A stretch of DNA of 64,000 bases from Nitrospiraceae bacterium (GCA_002726235.1 PBSN01000013.1:1-64000), one strand, 5' to 3'. Shown: positions 1-10,272, counted from the first letter of the stretch. Made by a program: numbers and translations. The notes: generated by a model from the sequence alone, not told the origin.

Positions 1-1
1 T

Positions 2-463
2 TGTCTCGTTCTTGCTGAACAGCATGATTTTGTCCTTATTGACTGTCCGCCATCGTTCGGGCTTCTCACCGTTAATGCGCTGGTTGCCGCCGAGTCGGTC
101 CTAATTCCGGTTCAGTGCGAGTATTACGCCATACACGGGCTTGGCCAGCTCATGGAAAATATTAATCGCGTCCGCCGGATCTATAATAAAAATCTTAGCA
201 TTGAAGGTATTTTGTTGACGATGTTGGATGCGAGGAACAATCTCTGCAACCAAGTGGCGCAAGAGATACGAACGACCTTTACTGACAGGGTTTTTGCCAG
301 CGTGATTCCAAGAAATGTCGCTCTCGCTGAGGCTCCAAGCTATGGACGGCCAGTGTTGACCTACAATAATCATTCCGCTGGCGCGCGGGCATATATCGAA
401 CTTGCACATGAGGTTCTTGAAAAGGGGCATGACTTCTCCGGTCACTCTCCTGTTGCTTCATGA
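2..463 (+). CDS. parA: ParA/Soj chromosome partitioning ATPase (5' truncated by window edge)
   Basis: Frame open from position 2: DFVLIDCPPSFGLLTVNALVAAESVLIPVQCEYYA...IPRNVALAEAPSYG; directly upstream of parB. Confidence 0.95.
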   Translation, partial: CLVLAEQHDFVLIDCPPSFGLLTVNALVAAESVLIPVQCEYYAIHGLGQLMENINRVRRIYNKNLSIEGILLTMLDARNNLCNQVAQEIRTTFTDRVFASVIPRNVALAEAPSYGRPVLTYNNHSAGARAYIELAHEVLEKGHDFSGHSPVAS

Positions 464-570
464 CGGCGCGGGTGCGGTGCTTGAATCCTCACGTATGCCC
501 TATACGTGCTGGTTTTGCGTTTCTCGCGTTTTACCCTGAGCCAACATCAAAACAACCTGAGGAGTTATGA

Positions 571-1416
571 ATGGAAAAGAAAGCGTTGGGTAGAGGCTTA
601 GATGCTATTTTCTCAAAAGACACACTCTTGTCCATTGAGACGCTTGATGAGCGGAAAGAGATTCGTGTCGATTGCGTCATTCCCAATCGGAATCAGCCCC
701 GACGTCGTTTTTCCCAGCCAGAGATTGATGAGTTGGTGGAATCAATAAAACACAATGGAATTCTTCAACCGGTGTTGGTCCGAGAGACGCCAGATGAGAA
801 GTTTGAACTCATTGCAGGGGAACGACGGTGGAGAGCGGCCTCTCTCGCCGGCCTTCACACCATTCCGGCAATGGTCAAGCAGGTTTCCGATCATGAGGTT
901 ATGGAATTAGCCCTAATTGAGAATATCCAACGTGCAGACTTGACTCCCATTGAGGTCGCACGGGCATATCAGCGTCTGATTCAAGAGTTCTCGCTTACCC
1001 AGGATCAGCTATCAACGCGTGTTGGAAAAACGCGGTCATCAGTGGCTAATATGTTGCGGCTCTTAACGTTGCCACATGGCGTTCAGGAGCTTGTGGAATC
1101 CGGAAGTCTTACGATGGGGCACGCCAAGGTTCTGCTTTCGCTGTCCAATATTGATGAGCAACAGGCGTGGGCAAAACGGGCGGTGCACGAGAAGTTGTCT
1201 GTACGAGACCTCGAGGGGCTTCTTCAGCCAAAAGCAAGACGGCCTCGCCCGGTCGCAAAACTAAAAGATCCTAACGCGACAAATGTCGAAGAGCAGCTTA
1301 AACGGCGCCTTGGAACAAATGCGAAGCTAACGACTGGACCAAAAGGCGGACGAATTTCTATTGACTATTACTCCCTCGAAGACCTGGAACGAATTCTTGA
1401 GATTATCCTCCGCTAA
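571..1416 (+). CDS. parB: ParB/Spo0J partitioning protein
   Basis: KALGRGLDA N-terminus, NQPR, LIAGERRWRA, ALIENIQRADL, HTH region; RBS GAGGAG. Confidence 0.96.
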   Translation: MEKKALGRGLDAIFSKDTLLSIETLDERKEIRVDCVIPNRNQPRRRFSQPEIDELVESIKHNGILQPVLVRETPDEKFELIAGERRWRAASLAGLHTIPAMVKQVSDHEVMELALIENIQRADLTPIEVARAYQRLIQEFSLTQDQLSTRVGKTRSSVANMLRLLTLPHGVQELVESGSLTMGHAKVLLSLSNIDEQQAWAKRAVHEKLSVRDLEGLLQPKARRPRPVAKLKDPNATNVEEQLKRRLGTNAKLTTGPKGGRISIDYYSLEDLERILEIILR

Positions 1417-1448
1417 ATGAATGAATGAATGAATGAATGAGTGAGTGA
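1417..1448 (+). repeat. Tetranucleotide tandem repeat (ATGA)6(GTGA)2 between the parB stop and the mnmA start
   Basis: Read directly: taa-atga atga atga atga atga atga-gtga gtga-gg. Confidence 0.95.
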
Positions 1449-2560
1449 GGGTCGTGAGAGCTAAAGGAAAGGTTGTCGTGGGGTTGAGTGGTGGCATCGA
1501 TAGTGCCGTTGCTGCAACCCTCCTCGTTCGGCAAGGTTTCGAGGTTGTGGGGGTTACGTTGCAGGTGTGGGAAGCCGAAGACGAAGCTCGAGAGGCGACC
1601 AAAAAGTGGCAAGAGAGAAGCTGTTGTAAGGTTGGTCTTGCGCGGTTTGCCACGGAGCAGCTTGGGATTGCACATCACGTGGTCGATGTCAAAAGCGAGT
1701 TTCGAAAAGCCGTCATTGACGATTTTATTGACGGATATGCTGCAGGCCAAACACCAAATCCCTGTGTGCGGTGCAATGAACGTGTCAAGTTTGCACAGCT
1801 CTACGAGGTGGCCCAAAGTCTGCAAGCGGATTACGTCGCAACAGGGCACTATGTTCAGCTCGTCCGCGATATGGCGACTGATGAGATTCATCTTACCCGC
1901 GCTGTCGATCGTTCCAAAGACCAAACATACTTTCTTCACCGATTGCAGAGGGACTGGTTGCCACACCTCCTATTTCCTCTCGGGGCGTTGAAGAAGTCCG
2001 ACGTTTGGACTATCGCGGAGTCTCTTGGTTTGCCGGTTGATGAAATTTCAGAGAGCCAGGAAATTTGCTTTGTGACTCAGTCAAGTTATCGAGAATTTCT
2101 CGAAAAGGAAGTTCCGGAAATCGGGAGGCCGGGGAATATCGTTGATCTATCTGGTCTTGTGTTGGGACAACATCAGGGGGTGTTTAATTATACGAGTGGG
2201 CAACGACGGGGTCTTGGTGTTGCAACTGGGGAGAGAATGTTTGTGCTTGAGGTTGAACCTCAGACCGACACCGTTGTCGTCGGCCCAGAGGAAAAACTGT
2301 TTCGGTCGGATTGTTTGGTTGGGGACCTGAACTTGCTCTGTTCGACCAAAACGCTGTTTGAGAAACCCGTCATGGGAAAGATTCGATATGCGACGACCGT
2401 AGCGCCTGCGGTGGTGAAACCCCATTCGGATAATGTCGTGCAAGTTGTCTTCGAGACTGCTCAGCGGGCCATTACACCGGGGCAGTCGGCGGTGTTTTAT
2501 CGAGGAGACCAGGTGCTCGGAGGAGGAATCATTATAAACTCAAAGGGAGGCCGATCATGA
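1445..2560 (+). CDS. mnmA: tRNA-specific 2-thiouridylase MnmA
   Basis: SGGIDS PP-loop, TPNPCVRCN, ATGHY, KDQTYFL, ESQEICF, TPGQSAVFY. Confidence 0.96.
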   Translation: MRVVRAKGKVVVGLSGGIDSAVAATLLVRQGFEVVGVTLQVWEAEDEAREATKKWQERSCCKVGLARFATEQLGIAHHVVDVKSEFRKAVIDDFIDGYAAGQTPNPCVRCNERVKFAQLYEVAQSLQADYVATGHYVQLVRDMATDEIHLTRAVDRSKDQTYFLHRLQRDWLPHLLFPLGALKKSDVWTIAESLGLPVDEISESQEICFVTQSSYREFLEKEVPEIGRPGNIVDLSGLVLGQHQGVFNYTSGQRRGLGVATGERMFVLEVEPQTDTVVVGPEEKLFRSDCLVGDLNLLCSTKTLFEKPVMGKIRYATTVAPAVVKPHSDNVVQVVFETAQRAITPGQSAVFYRGDQVLGGGIIINSKGGRS

Positions 2561-2646
2561 ACCCTTTAGATTCTGTGCCTGGGACAATCGTCTCAGGTTT
2601 TGTTCTTACCGTCATCCTGTTCGCGCTTGCGAGGGTGCTGGTTTAA
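2557..2646 (+). CDS. 29-aa single-TM peptide MNPLDSVPGTIVSGFVLTVILFALARVLV (not in ORF track)
   Basis: GGAGG RBS upstream; ATGA overlap with the mnmA stop; hydrophobic helix. Confidence 0.7.
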   Translation: MNPLDSVPGTIVSGFVLTVILFALARVLV

Positions 2647-2697
2647 CCCAACAGCGACTAATGGCAATCAAAGCGTGAAGGAGGGTAGATAAGATAC

Positions 2698-3198
2698 ATG
2701 GAAGCATATCTTGAGTTGTTGTTCCGATGGGGCCATTTTCTTGCCGGCATTGCGTGGATTGGCATTCTCTATTATTTCAACTTTATCCAAGCCGCCTACT
2801 TGAAAGTGGTAACTCCTGAAGCCAAGGCTGAAGCGTTCCAACACCTTGTTCCGAACGCATTGGCGTGGTTCCGTTATGCTGCGCTGTGGACGTGGGTGTT
2901 CGGAATACTCTTGTTGTTGACGAGCAAGGAATACTCTTTAGGAGAAGCGTTTTTGTTTCAAGGTGACTCAAAAGTCATTGGTATGGGGGCGTGGCTCGGA
3001 ACGATCATGTTCTTTAACGTGTGGATGATTATTTGGCCCAATCAAAAGAAGGTGTTGGGTATGGTCGAGGTTCTTGCGGAGGAAAAACCGCGTGCGGCCC
3101 GGATCGCGTTGTTAGCGTCCCGCACGAATGTTGTGTTATCGATCCCGATGCTCTTTTTCATGGCGGCAGCGGGCCACGCACCGGCGGGTTTGTTCTGA
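2698..3198 (+). CDS. Urate hydroxylase PuuD-like membrane protein (Urate_ox_N family), without cytochrome c domain
   Basis: [51 protein letters not shown] motifs; no CxxCH. Confidence 0.8.
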   Translation: MEAYLELLFRWGHFLAGIAWIGILYYFNFIQAAYLKVVTPEAKAEAFQHLVPNALAWFRYAALWTWVFGILLLLTSKEYSLGEAFLFQGDSKVIGMGAWLGTIMFFNVWMIIWPNQKKVLGMVEVLAEEKPRAARIALLASRTNVVLSIPMLFFMAAAGHAPAGLF

Positions 3199-3360
3199 GG
3201 TAGTAATGCTGATGTGCACTACGTTTGGTGCGTGATATCGACCGTGCATTGCCCATGGACTACTCGGTGTCTCGTCGCAGTTTGAAGCATGTGGTAAGGC
3301 TCTAGTGAGAGTCGTGCGCGCATTTCATTTCAGTTGTGAACTAGAGTTAAGGGATAGAGC

Positions 3361-4131
3361 ATGACGCATATTCGCATTGTCGCGGGCAAAGAGCTCCGTA
3401 GTTACTTCATGTCGCCCGTCGCGTATGTCGTGATTGCGATGTTTCTTCTTATCGTCGGTGTGCTGACCTATCTTGCGGCTACTCAGGCAAGCACAGTTGC
3501 GATGCAGCAGATGCAAGTGAAGGGAGTCATTCCCGAGTTGCACGTGAATGAACTGGTTTTCCGCCCCGTTTTTGGGAACCTTGCCATTATCCTTTTGCTA
3601 TTACTGCCAATGCTTACCATGCGGTTATTTGCAGAGGAGCGTAAGATGCGCACCATGGAATTGTTGATGACGTCACCCATTACGGTAACTGAAATGGTTA
3701 TTGGGAAATATCTTGCCACGACCGTAGTGTTTGCCGGGATGGTGGGATTGACCGGGCTGACCCCTCTTATGCTCTCGTTTTTTACAGACATTGAATGGAT
3801 GCCGTTGGGTGCGGCATATTTCGGTCTGTTTCTCCTAGGTGCTCTGTTTCTATCGGTCGGATTATTTGCTTCCGCACTCACTGAGAATCAGATTATCGCC
3901 GTGTTCGTGTCATTCGGGATTTTGCTTTTGTTTTGGATGGCGGGATGGGCCGCCGAAGCATTGCAAGGGCAGGCGATTGGGCAGGTGTTGTTGTATCTCT
4001 CGGTTGTCGATCATTTCGAGCCTTTTGTAAGTGGACTCGTCGATACTCGCGATATCGTGTACTACCTCACCAGTATTATCTTTTGGATCTTCCTGACCCA
4101 TCGGGTTATCGAATCGCAGCGATGGCGGTGA
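3361..4131 (+). CDS. ABC-2 type permease (GldF-like)
   Basis: KELRSYFMSPVAY, TMRLFAEERK..TMELLMTSP, SALTENQIIA; multiple TM helices. Confidence 0.9.
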   Translation: MTHIRIVAGKELRSYFMSPVAYVVIAMFLLIVGVLTYLAATQASTVAMQQMQVKGVIPELHVNELVFRPVFGNLAIILLLLLPMLTMRLFAEERKMRTMELLMTSPITVTEMVIGKYLATTVVFAGMVGLTGLTPLMLSFFTDIEWMPLGAAYFGLFLLGALFLSVGLFASALTENQIIAVFVSFGILLLFWMAGWAAEALQGQAIGQVLLYLSVVDHFEPFVSGLVDTRDIVYYLTSIIFWIFLTHRVIESQRWR

Positions 4132-4166
4132 GGCCGTTTTTGTGATGGACATGTGAGAGGAATGCG

Positions 4167-5741
4167 GTGAAGCGGTACGTAGTTGTAGGGCTTGGGATTG
4201 TCGGGATGGTGTTGGCGGTCACAGGGCTAGCGCTAAATGATCTCGCGCTTCTTCCGACCTGGGGCGTGACGGGAATTGCTGCCCTTGCCCTTGGATGTTT
4301 AATCACCTTTTTCATCCTGCATTTTGAAACCGTCAAGACTTTCTCAGCTCAGCGTTCAACGCGCCTCGGATTCAACAGTATCCTCATGGTGCTGCTTTTT
4401 CTTGGAATTCTTGAAGTCATCAATTTTCTCAATGCCAGGCATCCTCTCCGGATTGATCTCTCGGAAAGTAAAGAATTTACCGTTGCCCACCAAACTCGTG
4501 GGGTGTTGGAGAGTCTTGTGGAGCCAATGACCATTACCGCGTTCTCGAAGGAAGGAAGTAAGGGGGCAACACGGTATCGTAGTATTCTGGATACCTACCG
4601 GTATCATACCGATTACATTACATACACCGTGGCAGATCCTGATAAAAAACCCGCACTTGCGCGAAAATATGGCATTACAAAATTTGACACCGCTATTCTT
4701 GAAAGTGGCGATCGAACAACGGAAGTGATCGCGCCCACTGAACAAGCATTAACCAATGGGATTATTCGTGTGAGTCGGACAGACAAGACGTCCGTTCGTT
4801 TTCTCGTTGGCCACGGTGAGCCGGGGTTGGATGACACCGGAAAACAGGGGTATTCCATGCTCAAGGCATCCATAGAAAACACTGGGTATGACGTCTCCAC
4901 GATTTCGTCTCTTCAGGATGACCTATTTTCTGATCGTGACTCAGTGCTTGTTATCGCAGGACCTCGGCGCATGTTTACTGACGATGAACTTGTGCAGGTC
5001 CAGAAATACATTCTAAAAAAGCGACGGCTCTTGCTGCTTCTGGACCCGGTATTGCAACCTGAAACCAATACTGGCCTTGAACCCCTTCTGGCTGTTCGTG
5101 GTGTGAGTTTGGGCAATGGCGTCATCATGGACCCGGAATCGAGGCTGTCTGGGGCAGAGGCCACGATACCTATTGTTACGTCGTATCCAGAACACGAGAT
5201 TACCCACCAGTTTGATCTGGCAACCTTTTTTCCGCTGGCACGGCCTCTGCTGTTTGACACGGCGGGTGATGCCAGCGCACAGAGCGATTGGGATATTGAT
5301 CCTCTTGCGAATACCAATGCCACCAGTTGGGAGGAGCATGACTTGCAGTCGGCCGATGATGCAACGTTTGACGCTGCCACTGATATCAAAGGGCCGCTTA
5401 CAGTTGCTGTGGCAGTGGCGCCGAAGAAAATTTTCGGACATGGAGGCGTGGAATTAAAAAATACGGATAGATCTCCCACCATGGTTGTCATCGGCGATTC
5501 GGATTTTGTTACCAATGCGTCCGTGAATTTTTCCGGNAATCGCGATTTTTTTCTCCATGCACTCCACTGGTTGGCTGAAAGGGGGAATCTGATATCCATC
5601 TCTCCAACAGTGGCGTCGTTCACGCCGATGGTTTTGACGAGAAACCAATTGCAAATAGTATTGTACGTCCAGGTCCTCCTTCTTCCTGGTGTTGTGTTTG
5701 GTCTTGGGGCCTATGTATGGCAGCGCCGCCGTCGCTTGTAG
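4167..5741 (+). CDS. GldG-family ABC transporter auxiliary component
   Basis: N-terminal TMs, RIDLSE..F, EQALTNGI, FLVGHGE, VVIGDSDF, N.DFFL.ALHWL, C-terminal TM followed by RRRR. Confidence 0.88.
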   Translation: MKRYVVVGLGIVGMVLAVTGLALNDLALLPTWGVTGIAALALGCLITFFILHFETVKTFSAQRSTRLGFNSILMVLLFLGILEVINFLNARHPLRIDLSESKEFTVAHQTRGVLESLVEPMTITAFSKEGSKGATRYRSILDTYRYHTDYITYTVADPDKKPALARKYGITKFDTAILESGDRTTEVIAPTEQALTNGIIRVSRTDKTSVRFLVGHGEPGLDDTGKQGYSMLKASIENTGYDVSTISSLQDDLFSDRDSVLVIAGPRRMFTDDELVQVQKYILKKRRLLLLLDPVLQPETNTGLEPLLAVRGVSLGNGVIMDPESRLSGAEATIPIVTSYPEHEITHQFDLATFFPLARPLLFDTAGDASAQSDWDIDPLANTNATSWEEHDLQSADDATFDAATDIKGPLTVAVAVAPKKIFGHGGVELKNTDRSPTMVVIGDSDFVTNASVNFSXNRDFFLHALHWLAERGNLISISPTVASFTPMVLTRNQLQIVLYVQVLLLPGVVFGLGAYVWQRRRRL

Positions 5742-5744
5742 CAA

Positions 5745-5870
5745 GTGGACGGTGGAAATGCTCTCCCGTGAGTTCGTGTTTCTTTGTCATGCTCACGTTC
5801 CTACCTAGGACGCTCAGTGTACTAACGCAGCGTTGGCTATGCCGGCAGGGGTTTTTAAGCATTCCCTCAT
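5745..5870 (+). repeat. Degenerate intergenic repeat copy
   Basis: TTGTCATGCTCACGT core and TTTTTAAGCATTCC end resemble the copies at 37.4 and 41.5 kb. Confidence 0.5.
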
Positions 5871-5927
5871 GTCCAGCAATGAGCGCATACGACTTAGTGG
5901 TGCCTGCATGACCCTACGGTTCATCAG

Positions 5928-7283
5928 ATGAAACCGTATGTTGCGACCTTTGTGTTTGGCGGGCTACTCCTTCTTGCTCTGCTGTATCTGTATGCGGTTG
6001 AGTTTCCTGACGCTCACCGAAAAGCCGAAGAGGAAAAACGTGCGAAGCAACTAGTCAGCTTTCAGAGCGATGATGTTCGCAGTATGACGCTTCAATATCG
6101 TGACCAAGATGCGATTAATCTCGAAAAAAGGCCGGGTGGTCAGTGGTGGTTGATGAAGCCTGGACTCTACCGGGCGGATCATACTGAAGTCGAAGATATC
6201 ATTCGAGATCTGGCGCTCGCGAACGTGGTACGGATCATTAACGAATCAGGCAACGATCTTGGTGATTATGGGTTGGTGCCACCTCAGCTGACCTTGTCAT
6301 TGACGCTGAAAGATCGAGACGAACAGTTGCTGATTGGAGAAAAAGGACCGATATCGTCGCAGCTTTATTTCAAGCGAACATCAGAACCTCAGGTTTATTT
6401 AACCAATCTCCCTGATCGGGACATCCTTGCGAAAACTCCCTATCTTCTCCGCAGGAAAGAGTTGTTTGAGGTTGATCGGGAAAACGTTGATCGGCTGAGG
6501 CTTGAGTATCAAACGGGCATGGTTTCCTTGTTCAAAACGGCACACACATGGTTTCTCGATGCACCCATTGAGTTTCTTGCTGACCAATCTGAGATCGGAG
6601 CGTTGCTCTTTCAGATCGAGAATCTCAAGGCTGGGAAGTTCATTGATGATGTGGAGGAGCAAAAGAGAATACGTGCACAATTTGGCGTGCCACAACTCGT
6701 CATCCATCTGCAAGCTAACAATCGCCCGCATGCGGTAAAGTTTTTCGCGAGTGCGAATGACTCGGAGTGGATCTACGCAGCAACAACGCCCGACTTTCCA
6801 GTTTTTCTCGTTTCCCGTGCGGCGATTCAAGGAATTCCAAATACGCTGTTTGCGTTTCGCAATAAGCATCTTGTCGTTGTCGATCGTTCTCTCGTGACGC
6901 ATCTCGCACTGACAACACCGGATCAGCAACTTGTCTTGCCACTGGAGCCTGCGGAGCAGCCTATGCCCCATCCCGTTCGAGAATTTATGAATCGCGTGCT
7001 AAGCATACAAGCGGAGATACCAATCCAGGATAATGTCGAGGCCGATGATTTTCTCGCGCTCGGGCTTGATACGCCTGCACTCGAGGTGAAGTTATTGGGG
7101 AGCGGAGGAACTGTTCTCGGCTCTCTTGTTGTGAGCGAGATTCTTGCCGTCGAGGAAGAGGGGCAAGCCGGTTCTGCAAATGCGAGAGGGTCTGCTCTCC
7201 CCGGAGTCTACGGAATCCGGTCCAGTATCTTGGTTAGCATTCCGACGGAAGCTGACCTCACGGTTCCAGTCATGATGCCGTGA
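5928..7283 (+). CDS. DUF4340 domain-containing protein
   Basis: N-terminal TM, repeated W...P....AD / YGL..P modules; usual last gene of GldFG-type clusters. Confidence 0.8.
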   Translation: MKPYVATFVFGGLLLLALLYLYAVEFPDAHRKAEEEKRAKQLVSFQSDDVRSMTLQYRDQDAINLEKRPGGQWWLMKPGLYRADHTEVEDIIRDLALANVVRIINESGNDLGDYGLVPPQLTLSLTLKDRDEQLLIGEKGPISSQLYFKRTSEPQVYLTNLPDRDILAKTPYLLRRKELFEVDRENVDRLRLEYQTGMVSLFKTAHTWFLDAPIEFLADQSEIGALLFQIENLKAGKFIDDVEEQKRIRAQFGVPQLVIHLQANNRPHAVKFFASANDSEWIYAATTPDFPVFLVSRAAIQGIPNTLFAFRNKHLVVVDRSLVTHLALTTPDQQLVLPLEPAEQPMPHPVREFMNRVLSIQAEIPIQDNVEADDFLALGLDTPALEVKLLGSGGTVLGSLVVSEILAVEEEGQAGSANARGSALPGVYGIRSSILVSIPTEADLTVPVMMP

Positions 7284-7307
7284 ACGAACAGCGTTGATCA
7301 CTGGTAT

Positions 7308-8081
7308 GTGGTGATGCGAGACGGTGATCCGCCTTATGACGATGATCTGATTGTTGGAGTACATCCACTCAAAGAAGCTCTCCGCACAGTCAATGTGCGA
7401 CTAGACCAAGTAATCATTCGGCAGGGCTCCCGCAATCGTCAGCATGAAGAAATACGGCGCTTGGCAAAGCACGCGTGCGTTCCCGTCAAACTTGTTCCGA
7501 GCGAAGCGTTGGACCGCTTGGCTCGGTCGCCCAAGCATCAGGGCGTTCTTGGCTATGTCTCGCAAAAAGTGTATGTGTCGTTTGATGCCTTATTGGAGGA
7601 AGTGGGAATGGCCGAGGTGTCCCCGTTTTTGCTTGTGCTGGATGGGGTAGAAGATCCAAGAAATATGGGAGCCATCATTCGGACTGCTGAGGGTGCTGGA
7701 GTCAGCGGGGTGGTCGTGCCTGATCGGCGCGCTGTTGGTATGACAAGCGTTGTAGCCAGGGCTTCTGCTGGTGCTCTTGAACACGCTACCGTAGCGCGGG
7801 TTGCCAATCTGTCACAAAGCATTGAGCGACTTAAATCAAATGGGGTATGGGTGTATGGCCTTGATCCTCATGCAGCCAAGAGTTACCTCGACCTTGACTA
7901 TCGCGGTCCAATTGCGATTGTCGTTGGTGGTGAGGGGAGAGGGATTCGTCCTGGGCTTCTCAAGCAGTGCGATGATCGCGTGGCAATTCCAATGCAGGGA
8001 ACAGTGTCGTCCCTTAATGTGTCGGTTGCCGCCGCAGTTCTGTTCTACGAAGTTGTTCGGCAACGAGGGGGTTCGGAATGA
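7308..8081 (+). CDS. rlmB: 23S rRNA Gm2251 methyltransferase (SpoU/TrmH family)
   Basis: HQGV, LDGVEDPRNMGAIIRTA, GGEGRG, IPMQGTVSSLNVSVA. Confidence 0.93.
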   Translation: MVMRDGDPPYDDDLIVGVHPLKEALRTVNVRLDQVIIRQGSRNRQHEEIRRLAKHACVPVKLVPSEALDRLARSPKHQGVLGYVSQKVYVSFDALLEEVGMAEVSPFLLVLDGVEDPRNMGAIIRTAEGAGVSGVVVPDRRAVGMTSVVARASAGALEHATVARVANLSQSIERLKSNGVWVYGLDPHAAKSYLDLDYRGPIAIVVGGEGRGIRPGLLKQCDDRVAIPMQGTVSSLNVSVAAAVLFYEVVRQRGGSE

Positions 8082-8121
8082 CCTGTCGGTGCACGGATAG
8101 GTTTAACGGAGAGGTGCATCA

Positions 8122-8913
8122 GTGGTCGGCAGCATTGCAGTAGTGACATTCGCATTTGGCGCTATTGTGGGAAGCTTTCTCAATGTGTGCATTCACCGCC
8201 TTCCTCGCGGCATGTCAGTGGTTCGTCCTGCGTCACATTGTCCCGCTTGTCAGAGGCCTCTTCGCGCTACGGAGAATATTCCTTTTTTTAGCTTTCTCGT
8301 GTTGCGTGGTCGGTGCCGGCATTGCAATGTGAAAATCTCATGGCGCTATCCGTTTGTTGAGGGACTGAACGGTCTTGCGTATGTGTTGGTCGTGAAGCAG
8401 TTTGGATTCGAGCCTGCCACATTTGTCTACGCACTGTTGCTTTCGGCGCTGATCGTTGTCACCTTCATTGATCTTGATCATCAGATTATTCCAAATGAAA
8501 TTACATACCCTGGCATGCTATTAGGGCTCCTTGCCGCGGTCACGGTGCTTCCTATCAGTTGGTGGGATTCGTTGGGAGGGTTGCTGTGCGGAGGAGGCGT
8601 ATTGCTCTTCGTTGTTTGGATCAGCCCCTATATTTTCGGACGTGAGGGCATGGGCTTAGGAGATGTCAAGCTTCTTGCGATGTTAGGGGCCTTTCTCGGC
8701 TGGCAAGCCACGTTGCTCACGTTGCTATTGGCTGCGTTTTCTGGATCGATGGTAGGACTGACGTTGGCCGTTACGAAACTCATCACACTCAAGGATCCAA
8801 TTCCATTCGGGCCTTTTCTCGCGCTGGGTGCGACATTGGCGCTCTTTTTTGGCGCAGGACTTATCGACTGGTATACCGGATTGTTCGAGGTCGAGGGTTT
8901 TAGGTTTCGGTGA
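8122..8913 (+). CDS. pilD: Prepilin peptidase / N-methyltransferase (A24)
   Basis: GSFLNVCIHRLP, two CxxC pairs, FIDLDHQIIP, GMGLGDVKL, IPFGPFLA. Confidence 0.95.
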   Translation: MVGSIAVVTFAFGAIVGSFLNVCIHRLPRGMSVVRPASHCPACQRPLRATENIPFFSFLVLRGRCRHCNVKISWRYPFVEGLNGLAYVLVVKQFGFEPATFVYALLLSALIVVTFIDLDHQIIPNEITYPGMLLGLLAAVTVLPISWWDSLGGLLCGGGVLLFVVWISPYIFGREGMGLGDVKLLAMLGAFLGWQATLLTLLLAAFSGSMVGLTLAVTKLITLKDPIPFGPFLALGATLALFFGAGLIDWYTGLFEVEGFRFR

Positions 8914-8964
8914 AGAGAGTCCCAGCGTAGGCAAGCTATAAAACGAGATTAGGATCTTCTTATG

Positions 8965-9183
8965 TTATGGACTCTGCACCTCAGGGTANCCGAGTGCCGC
9001 GAGTTTTTCCACGAGGTTCTCACGGGACAATTGGGGTCCTTGTACTGCCACCTGTCCAGTTGAAACCTCGACCTCGACACTGTCAATGTTGGGAAGGGCG
9101 AGCAAGCCTTCCCGTATGTTGGTGGCGCAACCATCGCACTTCACTTTCTGAACCATAAACAATTCGCGTTGCATCACTTTCAT
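8965..9183 (-). CDS. Heavy-metal-associated domain protein (CopZ-like chaperone)
   Basis: VKCDGCAT metal-binding motif, about 70 aa; start at 9183 or 9174, downstream of a G-rich RBS. Confidence 0.8.
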   Translation of the reverse strand: MKVMQRELFMVQKVKCDGCATNIREGLLALPNIDSVEVEVSTGQVAVQGPQLSRENLVEKLAALXYPEVQSP

Positions 9184-9346
9184 TCCCCCCTGTACAACGA
9201 TAGCAGTTATTGTGAGTGGCGAGTCTTTGACCAAGAGAGTTTTGCATATCAGTTGCTCGCTGTCATCACTTTTTTGATATACAGCGGGGGGCATGATTGC
9301 ATTTTCGGAAGGTTTGTGGTTTTTATGGCTCGAGTCGTTACGTGTT

Positions 9347-9420
9347 TGGGGGATCGTCTAATGGCAGGACGGCAGACTCTGACTCTGTCTATCAAGGTTC
9401 GAATCCTTGTCCCCCAGCCA
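9347..9420 (+). tRNA. tRNA-Gln (CTG)
   Basis: TGGGGGA/TCCCCCA acceptor stem, GCAGA-CTCTGAC-TCTGT anticodon arm, GGTTCGAATCC, encoded CCA. Confidence 0.97.
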
Positions 9421-9524
9421 CTGCGTAGCGCGGGTGTTTCAACAGGACGTCACGGCCTCGCAGACGAGAGGCTGGGAGTAAGATGAGTGACCAATGGGAG
9501 CACCCAAATCACAAAACCCTAAGG

Positions 9525-9564
9525 CTGTATCCATAGAGACACGTGCGTATCGCTATGGATACAG
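9525..9564. other. Inverted repeat/hairpin downstream of tRNA-Gln
   Basis: CTGTATCCATAG...CTATGGATACAG, 12-bp perfect stem. Confidence 0.7.
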
Positions 9565-9974
9565 TGCGTATGTGAAGCCTTCGCCTTTTTGTTTGGTGCG
9601 TCGCGCTTCATGCAACTGACAAATCTCTTTATCAATTAGCCGCTTCGTTCGAGTGCTGTCTTCGGGTCATCGCTGCGAGTGTTCCTTGGCATCATTTATG
9701 CTGTCCCTATGACAGTGCCGTTGCGTTGAGGGGTGCCGAGCAAAGGTGTGCTGGGTACAGGTCGCTTCGGAGACCCAGTTTCAGAATGATGATTCTGACG
9801 TGGGGTGTGCCTGCCGGACGAAGATCACTCAGTCCATGACTTGGTGAGCGAGATCAACTAATCCGAAAGTGAGGTGAGCATTGTGATTCAAAGAGAGGCA
9901 TGATCATGGTGGAGTTCCACTGGGATGCTTCGATGAGAATTTCAAATTTGATCAAGCTTTGTTAGATACGTCAC

Positions 9975-10004
9975 TTGACAGGGGCGTTGTGGGCGCTGGA
10001 TAAT
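9975..10004 (+). promoter_or_regulatory. Sigma70-type promoter for collagen-like lipoprotein 1
   Basis: TTGACA-18 nt-GATAAT followed by GCGCNAGCC; matches the promoter at 14498. Confidence 0.65.
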
Positions 10005-10272
10005 GCGCNAGCCAATAGTGACAAATATTTGGCGCTGGCTATGGGTGACTGCATTTTTGCCCGCAATTGGTTTTGGTAGGTGTCCATAATGTAGTGGGTT
10101 TAGGGAATCAGAATAAAATTAGGGAGTTAGTGCGAGGCGAGAGCGAGAAAATGAAGGGAATANGAAAGACTGGAAAGAAAGGAAAGTTCGGTGGTCACTG
10201 GGGAAAATTGGGAGGGGAACTACCCTCTTCCTAATCAATCCGCATTCAAGGGAAGAAGGAGGATTTAGCGAC

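Noticed and set aside
1..1450. parS site near parAB
   Set aside because: No TGTTTCACGTGAAACA-like palindrome was seen.
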